DNA of 63,068 nt, the filler included, from Rhabdomonas costata (Eukaryota), in NCBI GenBank assembly GCA_019059605.1. It is 42 parts of 42 records of this genome, joined end to end, with 100 filler letters (N's around TTAATTAATTAA, not from the genome) between each part and the next. Parts side by side here need not be neighbours in the genome. Positions count along the whole stretch, not along the records: positions 1 to 1,398 come from JAHMHO010016950.1; positions 1,499 to 2,901 come from JAHMHO010016951.1; positions 3,002 to 4,405 come from JAHMHO010016952.1; positions 4,506 to 5,908 come from JAHMHO010016953.1; positions 6,009 to 7,411 come from JAHMHO010016954.1; positions 7,512 to 8,962 come from JAHMHO010016955.1; positions 9,063 to 10,465 come from JAHMHO010016956.1; positions 10,566 to 11,968 come from JAHMHO010016957.1; 34 more parts are not named here. One strand, 5' to 3'. Positions 1 to 12,670 of the stretch are shown one piece after another. The translations under genes were made by a program, and so were the position numbers. Position 1 is the first letter of the stretch; each line of letters starts with the position of its first letter. The notes below the pieces were generated by a model, which had not been told where the DNA came from, made no database searches, and saw only the letters and a program-made list of their open reading frames with translations.

Positions 1-1
1 G

Positions 2-1240
2 TTTCCACCTTCCACTGCCGAGAGCTTTTCCAGGGAGGCTGCCGAGGCTCCTGCACTGCTGGGGCTTCGAGTAGGCATCGCAAGCTCGTCAGTGAGCTTT
101 GGTAACTTGGGCAGCGATGTGGTGAAGAGGTTTGTTGTGGGGGGGGAGGCTGTGGGCCAGGCGGTTGCGTTGGAGAAGGTGGCGTGCAAGGCGCTTGGGG
201 TGCCTGTGCTGATCACGGAGACTGTCGCGAAGCAGGTAGGACTGCCGCAAGCACGGCTTTCCACTTGTGTCGTGAGGTTTCTGAGTGCTGAGGTTGTAGT
301 GACTTTAAGTTTCTAATACCCCGAAAGTAACTTTATGGATGCTCACCGGGTTTTTTCAGCTAGTTTCGTGTCCTGTATCCCGGGTGGTTTTTTTCGTTTG
401 TAGTGGATTGGTTTTCGGGTGCGGAGGGCGTTTGCTTTGCTTCTCGTCAGCTGTTCTTCTTCGACAGGTTGACTGCGAGGTCCAATGCCTCCCCGCTGCG
501 GTGCTGCGGTACGCCTCGGCAGATGTGTTGCCCGTCTACCGCCCCACCCGGGAGTTCCCGAACTCCGTAAAAGATCAGGTGCTGTTTGCCATTCGCTTTC
601 TTCGCCGACCTGCATGCCACTGAGACTTGAGACCACTGCTTCCGTGATCTCACTGACCCGTTGTGATGGTCTGCCGCGTCCGTTGAAGTGAACGTTGCCA
701 CTGGTCTTCTCTCACTATTTCCTTCGATCCCTTTTTTGTCGCGTCTCTTAAGCCGATGCAGCAATCTGCCCTACTCGTGGTGGATTCTCGAGTTCTGATA
801 AATGGAGGTTTAGGTCTACTGCGGACTCTGCAGCAAGGCAAGTGTCCAGTACCCTGTTCTCTTTCCATATTCTGCTTTACCGCACCAGGCGAAAACCGGT
901 CATACCATTTGTATAGGAATGGATGTACAGCCTCGCTGGGCGGCACACAAGCCCCCGCCGCGGCGATATCAGCCCCAGCCATGCCCTGTCCTGCTCAACC
1001 TCAAGCAGTGCGGCGTCTTGCCCGGCAACCCCGCTGGAGACCCTTTCTAAGCTCTTCACTGCGTACGTTCGGCAGCTCCGGGCAGGCGCCTCCTTGGCCT
1101 CCGAGGAGATCCCTTTGGAGGCGATGGTTGCCGAACCCGCGTCCAGCCCTGAGTCCAGAGATGTGGCCCAGGCTCTGTCCTCCTTAGCTCATGTGGTGCA
1201 GATGTATCCGAACGGCCTGGAGATTCCCTACAAGCCTTGA
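2..1240 (+). CDS. Class III adenylate/guanylate cyclase-like protein, 3' part; exons <2-235, 468-578, 917-1240
   Basis: GT-AG splicing gives LRVGIASSSVSFGNLGSDVVKRFVVGGEAVGQAVALEKVACKALGVPVLITETVAKQ|VDCEVQCLPAAV...KDQ|EWMYSL...stop. This has the cyclase GNLG-x-F-x-G motif and the EWMY motif of euglenozoan receptor cyclases. Confidence 0.8.
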
Positions 1241-1285
1241 GGGAAAAGGCAGAGGCGAGATATTGTGTATTTCTTTTGCTGGCAG

Positions 1286-1398
1286 TTGGTAGCTCAGACA
1301 GTGGTGCACCCCCCTCCCATTGCCGCCAGGGCTTCAATTGATGTCTGAACTTCACTGGGTGCAATGGGAGGGGGGTGCACCACTGTCTGAGCCACCAA
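1286..1398. repeat. Terminal inverted repeat (1286-1323 / 1361-1398), probable amplification fold-back
   Basis: 38-bp arms ending at the contig end, with one mismatch in the terminal A/C-only tail. Confidence 0.9.
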
Positions 1399-1648
1399 NN
1401 NNNNNNNNNNNNNNNNNNNNNNNNNNNNNNNNNNNNNNNNNNTTAATTAATTAANNNNNNNNNNNNNNNNNNNNNNNNNNNNNNNNNNNNNNNNNNNNTG
1501 TGGTGGGGATGATACTCAGCTCTTCAGTGGGGATGATGACGGAACGAAACTTGAGTGTCATTTCATTTATGACCGTGTAACCTCCGTTCCCCAAAATATG
1601 GAGTATGACCGCAGACTTTTTTATCTTCGATGGGCGCTCTCTCCAAAG

Positions 1649-2657
1649 GAAAAGGCGCGGTACGGTGGGCTGAAGGAAGCCGAGCACTACAAATGCCTGA
1701 ACCAAGGCAAGACCTTCACCCGCAAGGTGCCTTCTGGCTGTGCTTTTGTTGGTGGCGATGGGTGGGTAAGACAGCATGGTTGTTTTTCCGAGTGAGTTCT
1801 GTCAGGTCGTGGGTGGGTGAGGGGTATTGTTTCGACGCTTTCAGGTTTTTTTTTGAATGTTTGCATTTGCGCTGGCGGCTGTTCCCCGCCGGATCTTGGA
1901 AAGAACGCCTGTCTGTGCGCCCACAGAGTACCGATGGCACTCGCATCGAGGATGACGGCAAGGAGTTTGGGGTTCTCATTGGCGCCATGGAGCGGCTTGG
2001 GATTACCGCGGAGCAGAGGTATGTGCCTCTCCGTCTCCGTGTTTGCGAGAGTTTAAAAATGCATGTGTGAGAGACTGCTCTCACGATTATTTTCCATCAA
2101 GCTAGTATTTTGACATATGATGCCCACGGGGCCATGTCCCATTCCCCTCCTGCATTTTTCGTGTCATGGCTTCGATGTTGTGTTGCTTGCTTGTTATATG
2201 ATCTAATGCACTTCCGACCGCCTCGTTCTCTTTTGGACAGGCTCATTCCTGGCGACAACAAACAAGAAGCGGAGTGGAGTCACCAGCTCAGTGATGGGCC
2301 CCAAACTACTGTACCCTTGTGCTTTTGCGCCTCCGTTGCTACCGTGTGCATCCAACCCTTCGGCAGTTTGGGCCCCAAAAAGAAACGAAGGAAGATGAAA
2401 TTTGCTCTCTCCTCGATGTCCTCCTCGGCTTGCATCCTCTTCACAGGGAGCAGATCTTCACCGTTCTGGCGGCGATCCTGCACCTGCAGAATGTGGAGTT
2501 CGGCACGGAGCCCACCACGGGGAAGGCCAAGATCGACAACCCCGAGGTCTTGGCGACCGCGGCCTCCTTGCTGGGCGTGGATCCCGAGAAGCTCGGGAAG
2601 ACCTTCACCGTGAAGTCGCACACCCCGATCATGACCACCCTCTCTCTGAAGAATGAG
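1649..2657 (+). CDS. Myosin motor domain, internal exons 1649-1726, 1927-2018, 2447-2657
   Basis: Spliced: EKARYGGLKEAEHYKCLNQGKTFTRK|STDGTRIEDDGKEFGVLIGAMERLGITAEQR|EQIFTVLAAILHLQNVEF...AASLLGVDPEKL. It has the YxxLNQ, DDxxEF and LAAILHLxNVEF myosin motifs, and the GT-AG phases are consistent. Confidence 0.92.
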
Positions 2658-3007
2658 GTCACCTCTGTCCTTCAAAAGTTCAAACGTTAACACAGCTGAG
2701 GCAAGCTCTTATCGCTCGCGTTTTGTGGAGGGGTGGGACTACATCCCCGGTTGTGTGGACAACTCTGCACTATTTGGGTTTAGAAAAATAACGTGCCAAA
2801 TAACCCTCAGCTGGAAAACCGAGCGTTCGTAAAAAAAAAATGAAAACCAAAGCAGAATTGAAGCTCAGAATTGAATACCAAGACTGGTCTTTCTTTTTCT
2901 GNNNNNNNNNNNNNNNNNNNNNNNNNNNNNNNNNNNNNNNNNNNNTTAATTAATTAANNNNNNNNNNNNNNNNNNNNNNNNNNNNNNNNNNNNNNNNNNN
3001 NTTTGTT

Positions 3008-3234
3008 GTGGAGCCTACTATATGTTTATGTGTGTTATATTTGCAAATTGGTTCATTTTTCTATTCGCCCTTTGCGAATCACGTCCCACAGTGGCTCGCG
3101 ATAGATAATTGATGAAGACAAACGAGAAATTTAGGCAAATGCGGGCATCACTACGGCACGTGATTCGCAAAGGGCGAATAGAAAAATGAACCAATTTGCA
3201 AATATAACACACATAAACATATAGTAGGCTCCAC
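3008..3234. repeat. Terminal inverted repeat (3008-3084 / 3158-3234)
   Basis: 77-bp perfect arms with a 73-bp loop, starting at the contig start after a G/T-only tail. Confidence 0.92.
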
Positions 3235-3937
3235 CGTAAACTGAGACTTTCGTCGGAGCAGTTCAAGCACTGTGTTTAGGGCTGAGGGGCACTAAATCTG
3301 GGCAGTCAGTGTGTCGGCTGATGTTTGGCGTTGAAGGTGCACGCCGTCCACCCGAAACACGTCTATTTCATCTTCAAAACGACTGATCCTGAGGCCGAAA
3401 CTTCGCCTTTGCACTGTGTACCTAAAAGCCTGAAAGGACTGGAGATTTACTCCTAAAAATACCCGCGCCTTCGGCCCGCAAAGCTCCTTTCCATTACCGT
3501 ATTTTGCCTCCCAGGTCAAAACCTCGTCTACGGGCTGCGCTTATCTCCACGAACACTACATTTTTGAGACCAGCGGCATAAAAACAGGGTAAAAATACTT
3601 TTCGGAATGTTACAGACTAATCTCTCACTTTTCGGGTGGAGCTAGCCTTACAAACATATAGAGTGTCCCACTCACCCAAACCAAATCGCAAAATAAATGC
3701 AAAAGCTTCAGACTTCAGAGCTGGAAGCAAAATGGATGGACAGTGGAAGAGGCATTGACAATCATTAATGGAGTGAGCATGGGGTGATATTTTCGCCACA
3801 GATTTATGTCCGAAAAAAGTGCAACAATACAACGTCATCGGTTGGACTCGTGAGCAATTCAACCAGTTTATCCCCGCCAGGGGGTCCTGGTTTGCCTTTT
3901 GGGGGCCCATTGGAGAAGTATAAAAGATATGGCGCAC

Positions 3938-4405
3938 CGGGGTCCGTATCTCGTGACTCATCATGGCAAGGAAGGCGGCCTTCGCCTCGGCAGCTTGCTT
4001 GGCTTTCCCCTCCGCAATCCGGCAAGTCTCGGCCTGCAGCTGCAGCCCTCGCACTAAGCTCCACAGGCACAGAAACAGAAACAGCGTAAAGAAAATAGTC
4101 AAGGCCCCCGAGATGACCACCGTCCACTCGCGGCTGAGGGTGTAATAGTTGGGCAAGGTCCCGTTACACTCCAACCCGGCGAGAATCGCCACCACGGGGA
4201 GCGACAAAAAGAGCCACCGCGCAGGCACCACGTAGGTGTCATAAAACAACAGCCCAAAAAACATGTGAAAGAAGACGATGATGGACACCGCGGACCCGTG
4301 GTTGAAGCCCCCGTAGAAAATCACGGCCTCGGGAAGGTTCAGCCAACACACGGTGAGGCAGATTATCCGGGGCCATTCTATCCGGCGTGTTCGGAACAAC
4401 ACCAC
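3938..4405 (-). CDS. Membrane-bound sensor histidine kinase, internal exon (TM helices plus HisKA H-box)
   Basis: About four hydrophobic segments, then AEGKAKQAAEAKAAFLAMMSHEIRTP, then a GTGCGC donor. Confidence 0.88.
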
Positions 4406-4506
4406 NNNNNNNNNNNNNNNNNNNNNNNNNNNNNNNNNNNNNNNNNNNNTTAATTAATTAANNNNNNNNNNNNNNNNNNNNNNNNNNNNNNNNNNNNNNN
4501 NNNNNT

Positions 4507-4590
4507 GGGTGTTTTAACTCCACGCTCCTAACCTGCTCCTCCGCCTTGGGGATCGCAGGAGCAGGTTAGGAGCGTGGAGTTAAAACATCC
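4507..4590. repeat. Terminal inverted repeat (4507-4540 / 4557-4590)
   Basis: 34-bp arms at the contig start, with one mismatch in the G/T tail. Confidence 0.9.
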
Positions 4591-6008
4591 GCCCCTTTAC
4601 AAATGCAAAGCTGGCAGATTATTGGCATATTATGTTGTCCTCCGGGAAGAAGGAAGGCCTCGGCAGCATTTCGGGTGCTTTTTTGTGGTGCTTTTTTCCA
4701 CTTTAACTTTGTCTTCCAATAAAGACGGAAACGGTGTCTTGAACACCAACGGGCAAGGGAATTATATGGGTCAAGCAATGTGCCCGTAGGGTGATATCCC
4801 TAAACAGCACATTTCGTGAGTATAGGTTCGGGGTACGTGACTATTTGCTTTGACGACTGACGTGAAGCGTTCGCTCCATGAGCTCTGGCACGGGCTGCCG
4901 ACGAGTGCATGTACAAAACGTTCAAGGACTACCTCACTGCGTTTGGGCTGTACCGCTCCGGGAAGCCTGGAAGCTCGCCGAGGCCATGGCTCTGCTAGAT
5001 GCCTACCTGCAAACTCAGCCCATGACACTGATACCCGGAGCTCCGAAGAAGGCTGTAACTGGGGTACATTCTGAACACTTGTGTGTCTGTGTAATTATGG
5101 AAACGTCTTTGTATATTTCTTCCAAAACCACCCCTCTAGAGTGAGTGTGAGGAAACCGCTGGAAACGTCCACGTGCACGTTCACGTGTGGTTCGTATGCA
5201 CATCAGTCCTTTGTATGCTTGGATGGGCGTGAGGAGAGAGAGGTGCCTTTCTTTCACCTTATGCTGACGTGTGTGGTGCTGATTTTATGTCCGTGTCTAG
5301 CTCCCCCACCATTTGCCATTTACCCTCTGCTTCTCATTTTTAATTTCTTCGTATGGCTTCTGGAATCAGCCAGGCAGTGTTTTTTGGGAGCATCATCGTT
5401 ACTCTCTAGTCAGCGCGCTTGTGCAGACTCCCTTTTCTCTTTCCTCGGTGTAGCCTGCGCCCAAAGCCTCAGCCTCCAGACCTTCATCTGTTCTATTACT
5501 TCTGTTCGTACCACACATGCAATACTTCTATCTTACACCACGCCATGTCTTCCAAATTGCGCAAGAGGTCGTACCTGTGGCTGCGGCAGAGCCTTTAGGT
5601 TTTTAGAATGAGCAACGGACGGCTTACAACGGAAAGCGGGTGTACACGTGAATCAGAAGTTTGCGCGGTGTTTAAGCTTACCACGGGGCGGTGATTTCGG
5701 TCCGGGTACCATCGTTCGTTTCTTGTCACGCTCTTGTGGATTTAGAAGCCTTTTTATTATTTTATAACTCTAAACAGGTGCCAGTGGTACCCGTACCCCC
5801 CCCAGAAAAACATACACAAGTTTACAAGACCCCAGAGGCTGGCCACCAGCGACGGCTTAGTTTCAGGGCTTTAAACGGGTAGCAGTGGTACCCGTTGTCC
5901 CCACCCCCNNNNNNNNNNNNNNNNNNNNNNNNNNNNNNNNNNNNNNNNNNNNTTAATTAATTAANNNNNNNNNNNNNNNNNNNNNNNNNNNNNNNNNNNN
6001 NNNNNNNN

Positions 6009-6581
6009 GGGAACCGTCGCAAAGCATTGCGGACCAAAGTCTGGCCGAGTGCTCCCTTGCATTTGCAGCGGTGGTTCTGCGGGGTTCCATACTGACGCGG
6101 TGGGCTGTGAGACAGCGACCCACTGCTGCACAGCCTTGTCGGGGGCCACTCCAGAGGGTCCTGGGGGCGAGTGATGCTCACTCGGCAGAGCGGTGGGCGG
6201 GTGCGGGGCCCACACGACCTGCTTTGCAGGGCCGTTCTCGGTGCTCGTGTGGTAGTACCACCCAGAGGCCTGAGATTGACCTTCAACTTGGGGCTGAGGG
6301 AGCGATGGTACTACCGTGGTGGAGGAGGTCTCCAGAGAGAACGCAGTGGAGGGGCCATAAACGAACGGGCCCGAGGGGGCCAAAGATGCAGGGTAAGACA
6401 CAGGGATCCAATGTGCAGGAACAGGTTGAAGCTGGGGTTTGTGGTGAGGCACTGGGGCGCTGGCCGGAGGCCGCAGGCGGTGCTCTCGCAGCGTGGCTCC
6501 GCGGACGGGCCGGGGAGGCGGAAGGGGAGGGGGCAAAGGGAGAAGCCGAATCTCGGAAGAACCAGGGAAAACAGCAGCCAT
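6009..6581 (-). CDS. Proline-rich hypothetical protein, possible first exon (3' partial)
   Basis: GC-rich open frame MAAVFPGSSEIRLLPLPPPLPPPRP...GWYYHTSTENGPAKQVVWAPHPP running off the contig. No family recognised. Confidence 0.4.
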
Positions 6582-7515
6582 GGGGCGGCAGGCTACCCCA
6601 GTGAGCTCATGCAGAAGAACGTACAAGCACACATAGGCGGAAGGAGGAGAAATGATGGGTGCCTGAGGCAATGATATTAAGGACACAAGAAGACGAGATA
6701 CCCCTGTTCTTACTCCTCAATTCGAAACCGCAATCAGCCGTAGTAGCCTGAGTCCTGATATGCAGATGCATCCAGTTGGCATTGTAGTATATCAATGTGA
6801 TCCACCGCGGATCGCAAACTGTACATGGCGGGAAGCCATTACTGATCATTGAAGGACGTTGCCCACAACGACACAGCACATGCAGTGGTGCTCCTCTTGG
6901 AGCCTGTGGCCTGAACTAGTCGTCACAACAACTATCAGCCTTGCTTGGTAAGTAGAAGAGGGGGGGTCAAGAAGTCCTCGTTTTTGGGTCCCCCGTGGCA
7001 TGACTTTTCCAATAGCTTGCTTAGCCGAGCTAACAACAAAGGCAGGCAACAATTGTGATGTCCACCTCCGCCTTTCCACAATTTGAGGATCGGAGAGAAA
7101 TAGGCCGATTTGACCGATTTGAAATTTGACTGAGCTGATTTGATCTAAAACACGAGGATGATCTTGAAAACGCAAACGAACCACAAAAGTCAGCTTTTGC
7201 CGTATTCGCAGCTTCCAAGGCGAGGAAGTGTGAACAAAAAAGATCTCAGCTTAAACATGAACTCAGTCCACCGCCGAAAAAAGTACCATGGTTTCAGCAA
7301 ACACACAGAAGGCGCCTTTCGGCACACATCTCTCGCCATACGAAAAACAAACGGTGCAGCCAAAGAAATGGGAACGATAGTACCTCCGAGCCGAAGAAAA
7401 GAAGAGAACACNNNNNNNNNNNNNNNNNNNNNNNNNNNNNNNNNNNNNNNNNNNNTTAATTAATTAANNNNNNNNNNNNNNNNNNNNNNNNNNNNNNNNN
7501 NNNNNNNNNNNGTTT

Positions 7516-7595
<80 letters not shown>
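7516..7595. repeat. (GTT)n microsatellite, about 26 units
   Basis: Direct reading. It explains the poly-Q/T/N ORFs in the track. Confidence 0.97.
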
Positions 7596-7596
<1 letters not shown>

Positions 7597-7612
7597 TTGG
7601 AACGAAGCTGAG

Positions 7613-8840
7613 ATGGAAACCCCCGATTTGGCCGAAGTTTGTGTCCGCCACGAGACGAAGCGCCAGGTGGAAAGCCTGGACAGAGTCCCCGGGGTCCCCG
7701 AGCAGTGGGTGTGCACGGCAGGCGAGCAGTGCAAGATGAGCCTGAAACCCAATCAGCAGGTAAAAGAGTTGGTTGATGGGGTGCGCGCGGTTGCGTCGCC
7801 CCAGTCAACCAGAACAAGCCTGGGAGGATATTCGAATCCCTGTAGCCCCACCTTCGCCCCCCCGTCAAGCCTTCAGTTCAGTGAGCCTTTTCTCGACGAG
7901 TGCTCTCCAGTGCTCCCAACCACATCGCTGAGCACGTCGCCACTGACCCTAGAAGAGGTGGTCACGTCCTGGGCCGAGGAGGTGAATAGGGAGTATCCGT
8001 TGCCTCAGATTGAGCCGAGCTTCAGCTTGAGCTTGGAGATGGATGCTTGTGTGGATCCGCCAGCCCCATGCCCCGAGCTCCAGCAGAAGTCCGAAGAAGC
8101 CATGGAGGAAGACCCGCAAACCGCAGACCTTCTTTCGCGACTGAGCCGGCTGGAAGAGGAGCTCTCAGAGACGAAGCGCACGCTGGCCCTAGTAACGGCG
8201 AACACGGCCCGCGCCAGGCAAAACGGCACGGCCCTGGCGGCGTTGTTCCGTTGCATGCAAGCGGACCTGAACCAGATCAGGCCCGAGGGACTGGTTCGCT
8301 ACTCTCCCGCCCTCACAGTGGTATGGCGCACTGTTTTGTGACGTGCACCCTCTCTCTTTTTCCGTTAGCTTTTCCTGCTCCATTCGCGAAATGAAATTGC
8401 AATTGAACAGTATATGCTTGTTGGGAACAGGTATCGTCTCAAACGGCACATTAAAAACCCAGCAGTGGCATGGTTTTCTCTCATGGCACGCGCGTTTCAG
8501 CCTTTTTCGGACATTGAAATAACCTCATGAGTGTGATTACACCTCGCCTTTGAGGTGTCGTGGTCAGTTTTTCGCCGAACTTACGAGATGACCCGCGACA
8601 TAATCTGTCCTATTTCTAGCAGCCTCCAAAGGGATCGATTGAAAATCTTGGGGCGAAAAATCGTCAATGAGGTCACGGAATTTTTTTCTTTGTGGTCCCC
8701 GGGTTTTGCTTCTTTGCTCTTTTGAATTCTCAGGACGTCTCTGATGCCGAGATAACGCCCTTAGACGAGTCCCTGGGTACCTCGCTGTGCTCAGGCTGTT
8801 CGACGCCCTCCACCCTCACCTTGGACAGCCCGAGCACCAG
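7613..8840 (+). CDS. Hypothetical protein with N-terminal CxxH...WxCx5C motif and coiled coil; exons 7613-8320, 8734-8840
   Basis: METPDLAEVCVRHETKRQVESLDRVPGVPEQWVCTAGEQCK, coiled coil LLSRLSRLEEELSETKRTL, and a phase-0 GT-AG join to DVSDAEITPLDES. Confidence 0.65.
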
Positions 8841-11319
8841 GTTTGCTCCGCTACACAGGCTTTGCCGGTACCGCACGGCGAGCCTTCCTTTGGGCACCGA
8901 GGTTCTTGGAGGTCACCCTGCTTTCCCCTGGCACGCAAACAGGTGCGAGCTCAACCACCCCCNNNNNNNNNNNNNNNNNNNNNNNNNNNNNNNNNNNNNN
9001 NNNNNNTTAATTAATTAANNNNNNNNNNNNNNNNNNNNNNNNNNNNNNNNNNNNNNNNNNNNGTTTTGTGGGAAACTGCCCCGCAGAGGCATACGTCCGC
9101 CTCGAAATGACACCGCAGAAGTTGGTGGTGTACCTTCAGACTCTGGTCTGGTAGATGCCGCTGTTGTCAGCACGCCTCCTGAGTGCCGAAAGCAGTACTG
9201 TGAGATTCTGCTTCGCCAAGGGGTGCATTTTCTTGTGGATAAGCCCTTGACGGCACCTCAGCCCTTGACGGCACCTCGTGGCGTCAGTGTGAGTCCCTCA
9301 TGTGTTCAGCAGATCTTCGAAGATTACGTCCGCATCTCTACGGTCTTCTTTGAAGCCGCCCTGCTCTTTCGCGAGCGGGCGATATGATGGTTCAGTGGTC
9401 AGTGTTTCAGGGGGCGTTTCGTGGCCTGCTGGTGGTTGCGAAGGCGACGAAGTGCCCGTTGACTTTGCATGCTTCCGTGGAGATGGCCAGTTCCGGTTGC
9501 CCAAGAGATCCTCTTTGGCTCCGAACATCTTTGGCTCCGAACTATCTGTGGTGGAAGACGAAGAGTTGTGAGAAGAGCGGCCGGCGAAGTCGACGTTATC
9601 GCTATCGTCAGCTTGCAGCACAATATGGCACAATGCGCACCAAAACTGTTAGCCTTTTCCACAACAGTTTGCGGAGAGAGACTGGGAGGAGGACCTGTAC
9701 CGCGGCAGGAGCGCCACAAGCTTATCCAGGGGCCCTTCCCGTCCATTTTCATCGATAGCTTGCATGGCTGCAGCAAGAACTCTCTGGAGGGTACGGCGAC
9801 GGTTCCTGCTCACGAGACTGTAGAACCCATAGAGGTGAGAATCTTTCGTGCCCTCCTCGTCCTTGCACGGTTGCTGGCCGGTTCCTGTCTCCAGCGACTC
9901 AGGCGACTCACTCGCAAAGACCTGGCACCGCAGATGGCCAACCCCCAGGCCCACCTGAGCTATTCTCGGGAAGAATGCCTCCATGAGTTCCTGAGCAACT
10001 GCGCCGCCCGCGGGGCCACGGCACCGACCTCCAACCTGCTCTCCTGTGGCCACCAAGCTGCTGTCCCTGTGCTGCGAAAGCATTGCAATGGGTAAAGCGC
10101 CGCGGAGGGCTTCCTTGACAGGCATGGCAGACCTTCAGCGCTCAGACTGTCTCCAAGTAATTCGGAAGACGTCTGAGACCCTGCCCCATGGGCCGCCATT
10201 CCCCAGACTCTCAATTTTTGTATTCTGCCAATTGGCAATGGTGTGCCAATAAAGTACCACCGGCCCCTTTGCTTGCCTCCGCACACTACCGATGAGGTAG
10301 ATCTACACACCTGTTGGCAGCTCATCATAACCCTCTCCCCGAATATGGTTGGGGCTTCATTATAGCATCTTCTTTACTAGGGACGCTTTGCAGTACACCT
10401 TTGGTGATTTTTCTATGCCCTGAGTTTTGGGTGTGCGTCTGTGTGATGAGGGCATACAAAAAACANNNNNNNNNNNNNNNNNNNNNNNNNNNNNNNNNNN
10501 NNNNNNNNNTTAATTAATTAANNNNNNNNNNNNNNNNNNNNNNNNNNNNNNNNNNNNNNNNNNNNGGTGGTTGGGGAAAGAAAGCACACGAGAGCCAGAA
10601 GCACGCGATGATGAATGTACGGGCGGAGGAGGCAGAACGAACTACAGAAAATAAGGGACAATTGTATTTTGGGGAGGGGAAAACGTTTAACTGCGTTGAA
10701 CGGTGCGAAAAACGTTTAACTGCGTTTCGGACCTTGCGGATCGAATGGAAGAGCATTGTTTTGGGGCTGGAGGACAGCGGTGTCGCGGTTGAAGCAAACG
10801 GATGAGGCCGGCACGGGGGAGGGAAAGAGTAACAAATTCAGTTGGCTGTTTAACGGTGTTAAACAGTGTTCAAATAATTTTCCGAAAAACTTAATTTCCG
10901 GAGCCCACTGTGCGTTTCAGAAAAAGTCTCGACCGTTTAACGGCATTAAACGTTCACCCCCCCCCCCCCCACAGGTGCCCCGGAAGCAGTAGTTCCTCCG
11001 CAACTTACAGGATCACGCCAGACCTGCACACAGACCTACAACCTGACTCACGACAACGGCTTGAGCTAGGTTTCCTGGCTCACGCGCGTTCAGTCGGTTT
11101 GAGCAAAAAAAAACAGTGGTTGTGGCAGAAAGGACCAGTTTAAGGAGGCGTGCCTGCCTTCCCTCAAAAGATTTCCGATTGCAAGCAACGGTAATACTCA
11201 TCAGACCTCACACATATACGAACACCAACTGTCTGAGCCATGGTGCTGCTGCAAACAGCTGACCCCGAAAATGTCCCATGCGTCCATAACAAAGAAGAGC
11301 CCGCCCCGCATCCGCACAC

Positions 11320-11485
11320 CGGTGGCGGTCCGAGCTTCCATGGCTACCCCAATGTGGTGGAGAGGAGCCCCTCCGCGGCGGGCTTCGGCTGCGGCTGTGG
11401 CGACCGCTATGGTGGGTCGGGGCCGGCGGCGAGCGGTGCCGTGCCGGAGGCGGGCTTCCACTCGCAAAGATTTGCGAGCGACCCT
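11320..11485 (-). CDS. Arg/Ser/Pro-rich exon (SR-like low-complexity region)
   Basis: Poly-T acceptor (ttttttttctgctcag) and GTGTGC donor; frame RHRSPPAPTHHSGRHSRSRSPPRRGSSPP. Confidence 0.4.
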
Positions 11486-12670
11486 CTGAGCAGAAAAAAA
11501 ACGGTAGAGGCTGAAAGGCTTCCAACAGCGCGGTCAATTGCGGATAGTTTCGTGCACACTCAGCGCTTTCTGTAAAGCGGCCAGCTTAATGCGGGCACCT
11601 TTGGAAAAACTCCTTCCAACTGTATTCATCCAACCTTTCTCTGTGGTGACCCAGGCAAAGAGTGGTAAAACGCAATTGAAGGGCTCGTCGTGTCCGAGCC
11701 CAAACTGCACAGATGCGACGGAATAGCCGGAAAAAAGACATATAGAGAGCCAGCACGTAAACTAAGTGCGCAGGCTAACTCATGAGGCAAAATCGTTCCG
11801 CTTTCAACAACAAAGGAGGAATAACGCAAGACGACAATGAGGCCAGGGTCTACCGCTCACTGTTTTAGTTCGTTTACCTTCGCAAGTCGATTCGCAAATT
11901 CAAAGCTCCCACCAAGAAACCCTCACACGCATACACACATACACACACCCCCAACCACACCCACCACANNNNNNNNNNNNNNNNNNNNNNNNNNNNNNNN
12001 NNNNNNNNNNNNTTAATTAATTAANNNNNNNNNNNNNNNNNNNNNNNNNNNNNNNNNNNNNNNNNNNNGTTTGTGGTTGTGAGTCTTCGGCGTGTCTTGA
12101 TGTGTCTGTAGATGTCATTCATTGCTTTTCGGTGCCCGATCCAGGGGTTGATGCCATTCTTGGGTGGGTTTCATGGGTCTGCGTGTTTGCGTTGTGTCCT
12201 CGTTAGTTCTCCGGTTTTTGCGCTGAGCTTTGCGGCTCTGGTTTCATTCTTTATCGTTTCGTTGGGTATGGTGTTCCGTTGTCGCGTCCTGGTATTCGCA
12301 TCTGTTGCTCCTCATCTGGCTTTGCACTTCCAAGATAGGCCTGCGTTGTATGATGGCTCTTCTAGTTTCTTCTTTGACTTAGGGACATTGTGTGCGTATG
12401 TAGTGGGTGTTGGTTGTCGAGGTTCGATTTTGTTCACCTTTGCTGTTCATTTTCACTGTTTCCACTGCGCGGATGGTTGACTGCTGCGTGACCTTCCCTC
12501 CCTCCCGGCTTTTGTAAACGCATACTGCATTCAATACAACCTGCTTCCGAAATGGGCAAAGATGGGCGCGCTTCTCTCTCGCTCGCTCTCTCTCTCTCTC
12601 TCTCTACAAAAGCCAGCCGAAGCGACCTCTAAACAAACCCCTCAGTGAAATCGGTAGAACGCGCAGAAAC

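Noticed and set aside
278-287. TTTCTGAGTG resembling part of the euglenid spliced leader
   Set aside because: Only 10 nt match, inside an intron, with no continuation into the rest of the leader.
1286-1345. GGTAGCTCAG read as a tRNA or SINE A-box
   Set aside because: No cloverleaf and no convincing B-box. It lies in a terminal fold-back arm.
7456-7868. Poly-Q, poly-T and poly-N ORFs
   Set aside because: They are translations of the (GTT)n microsatellite running into the linker.
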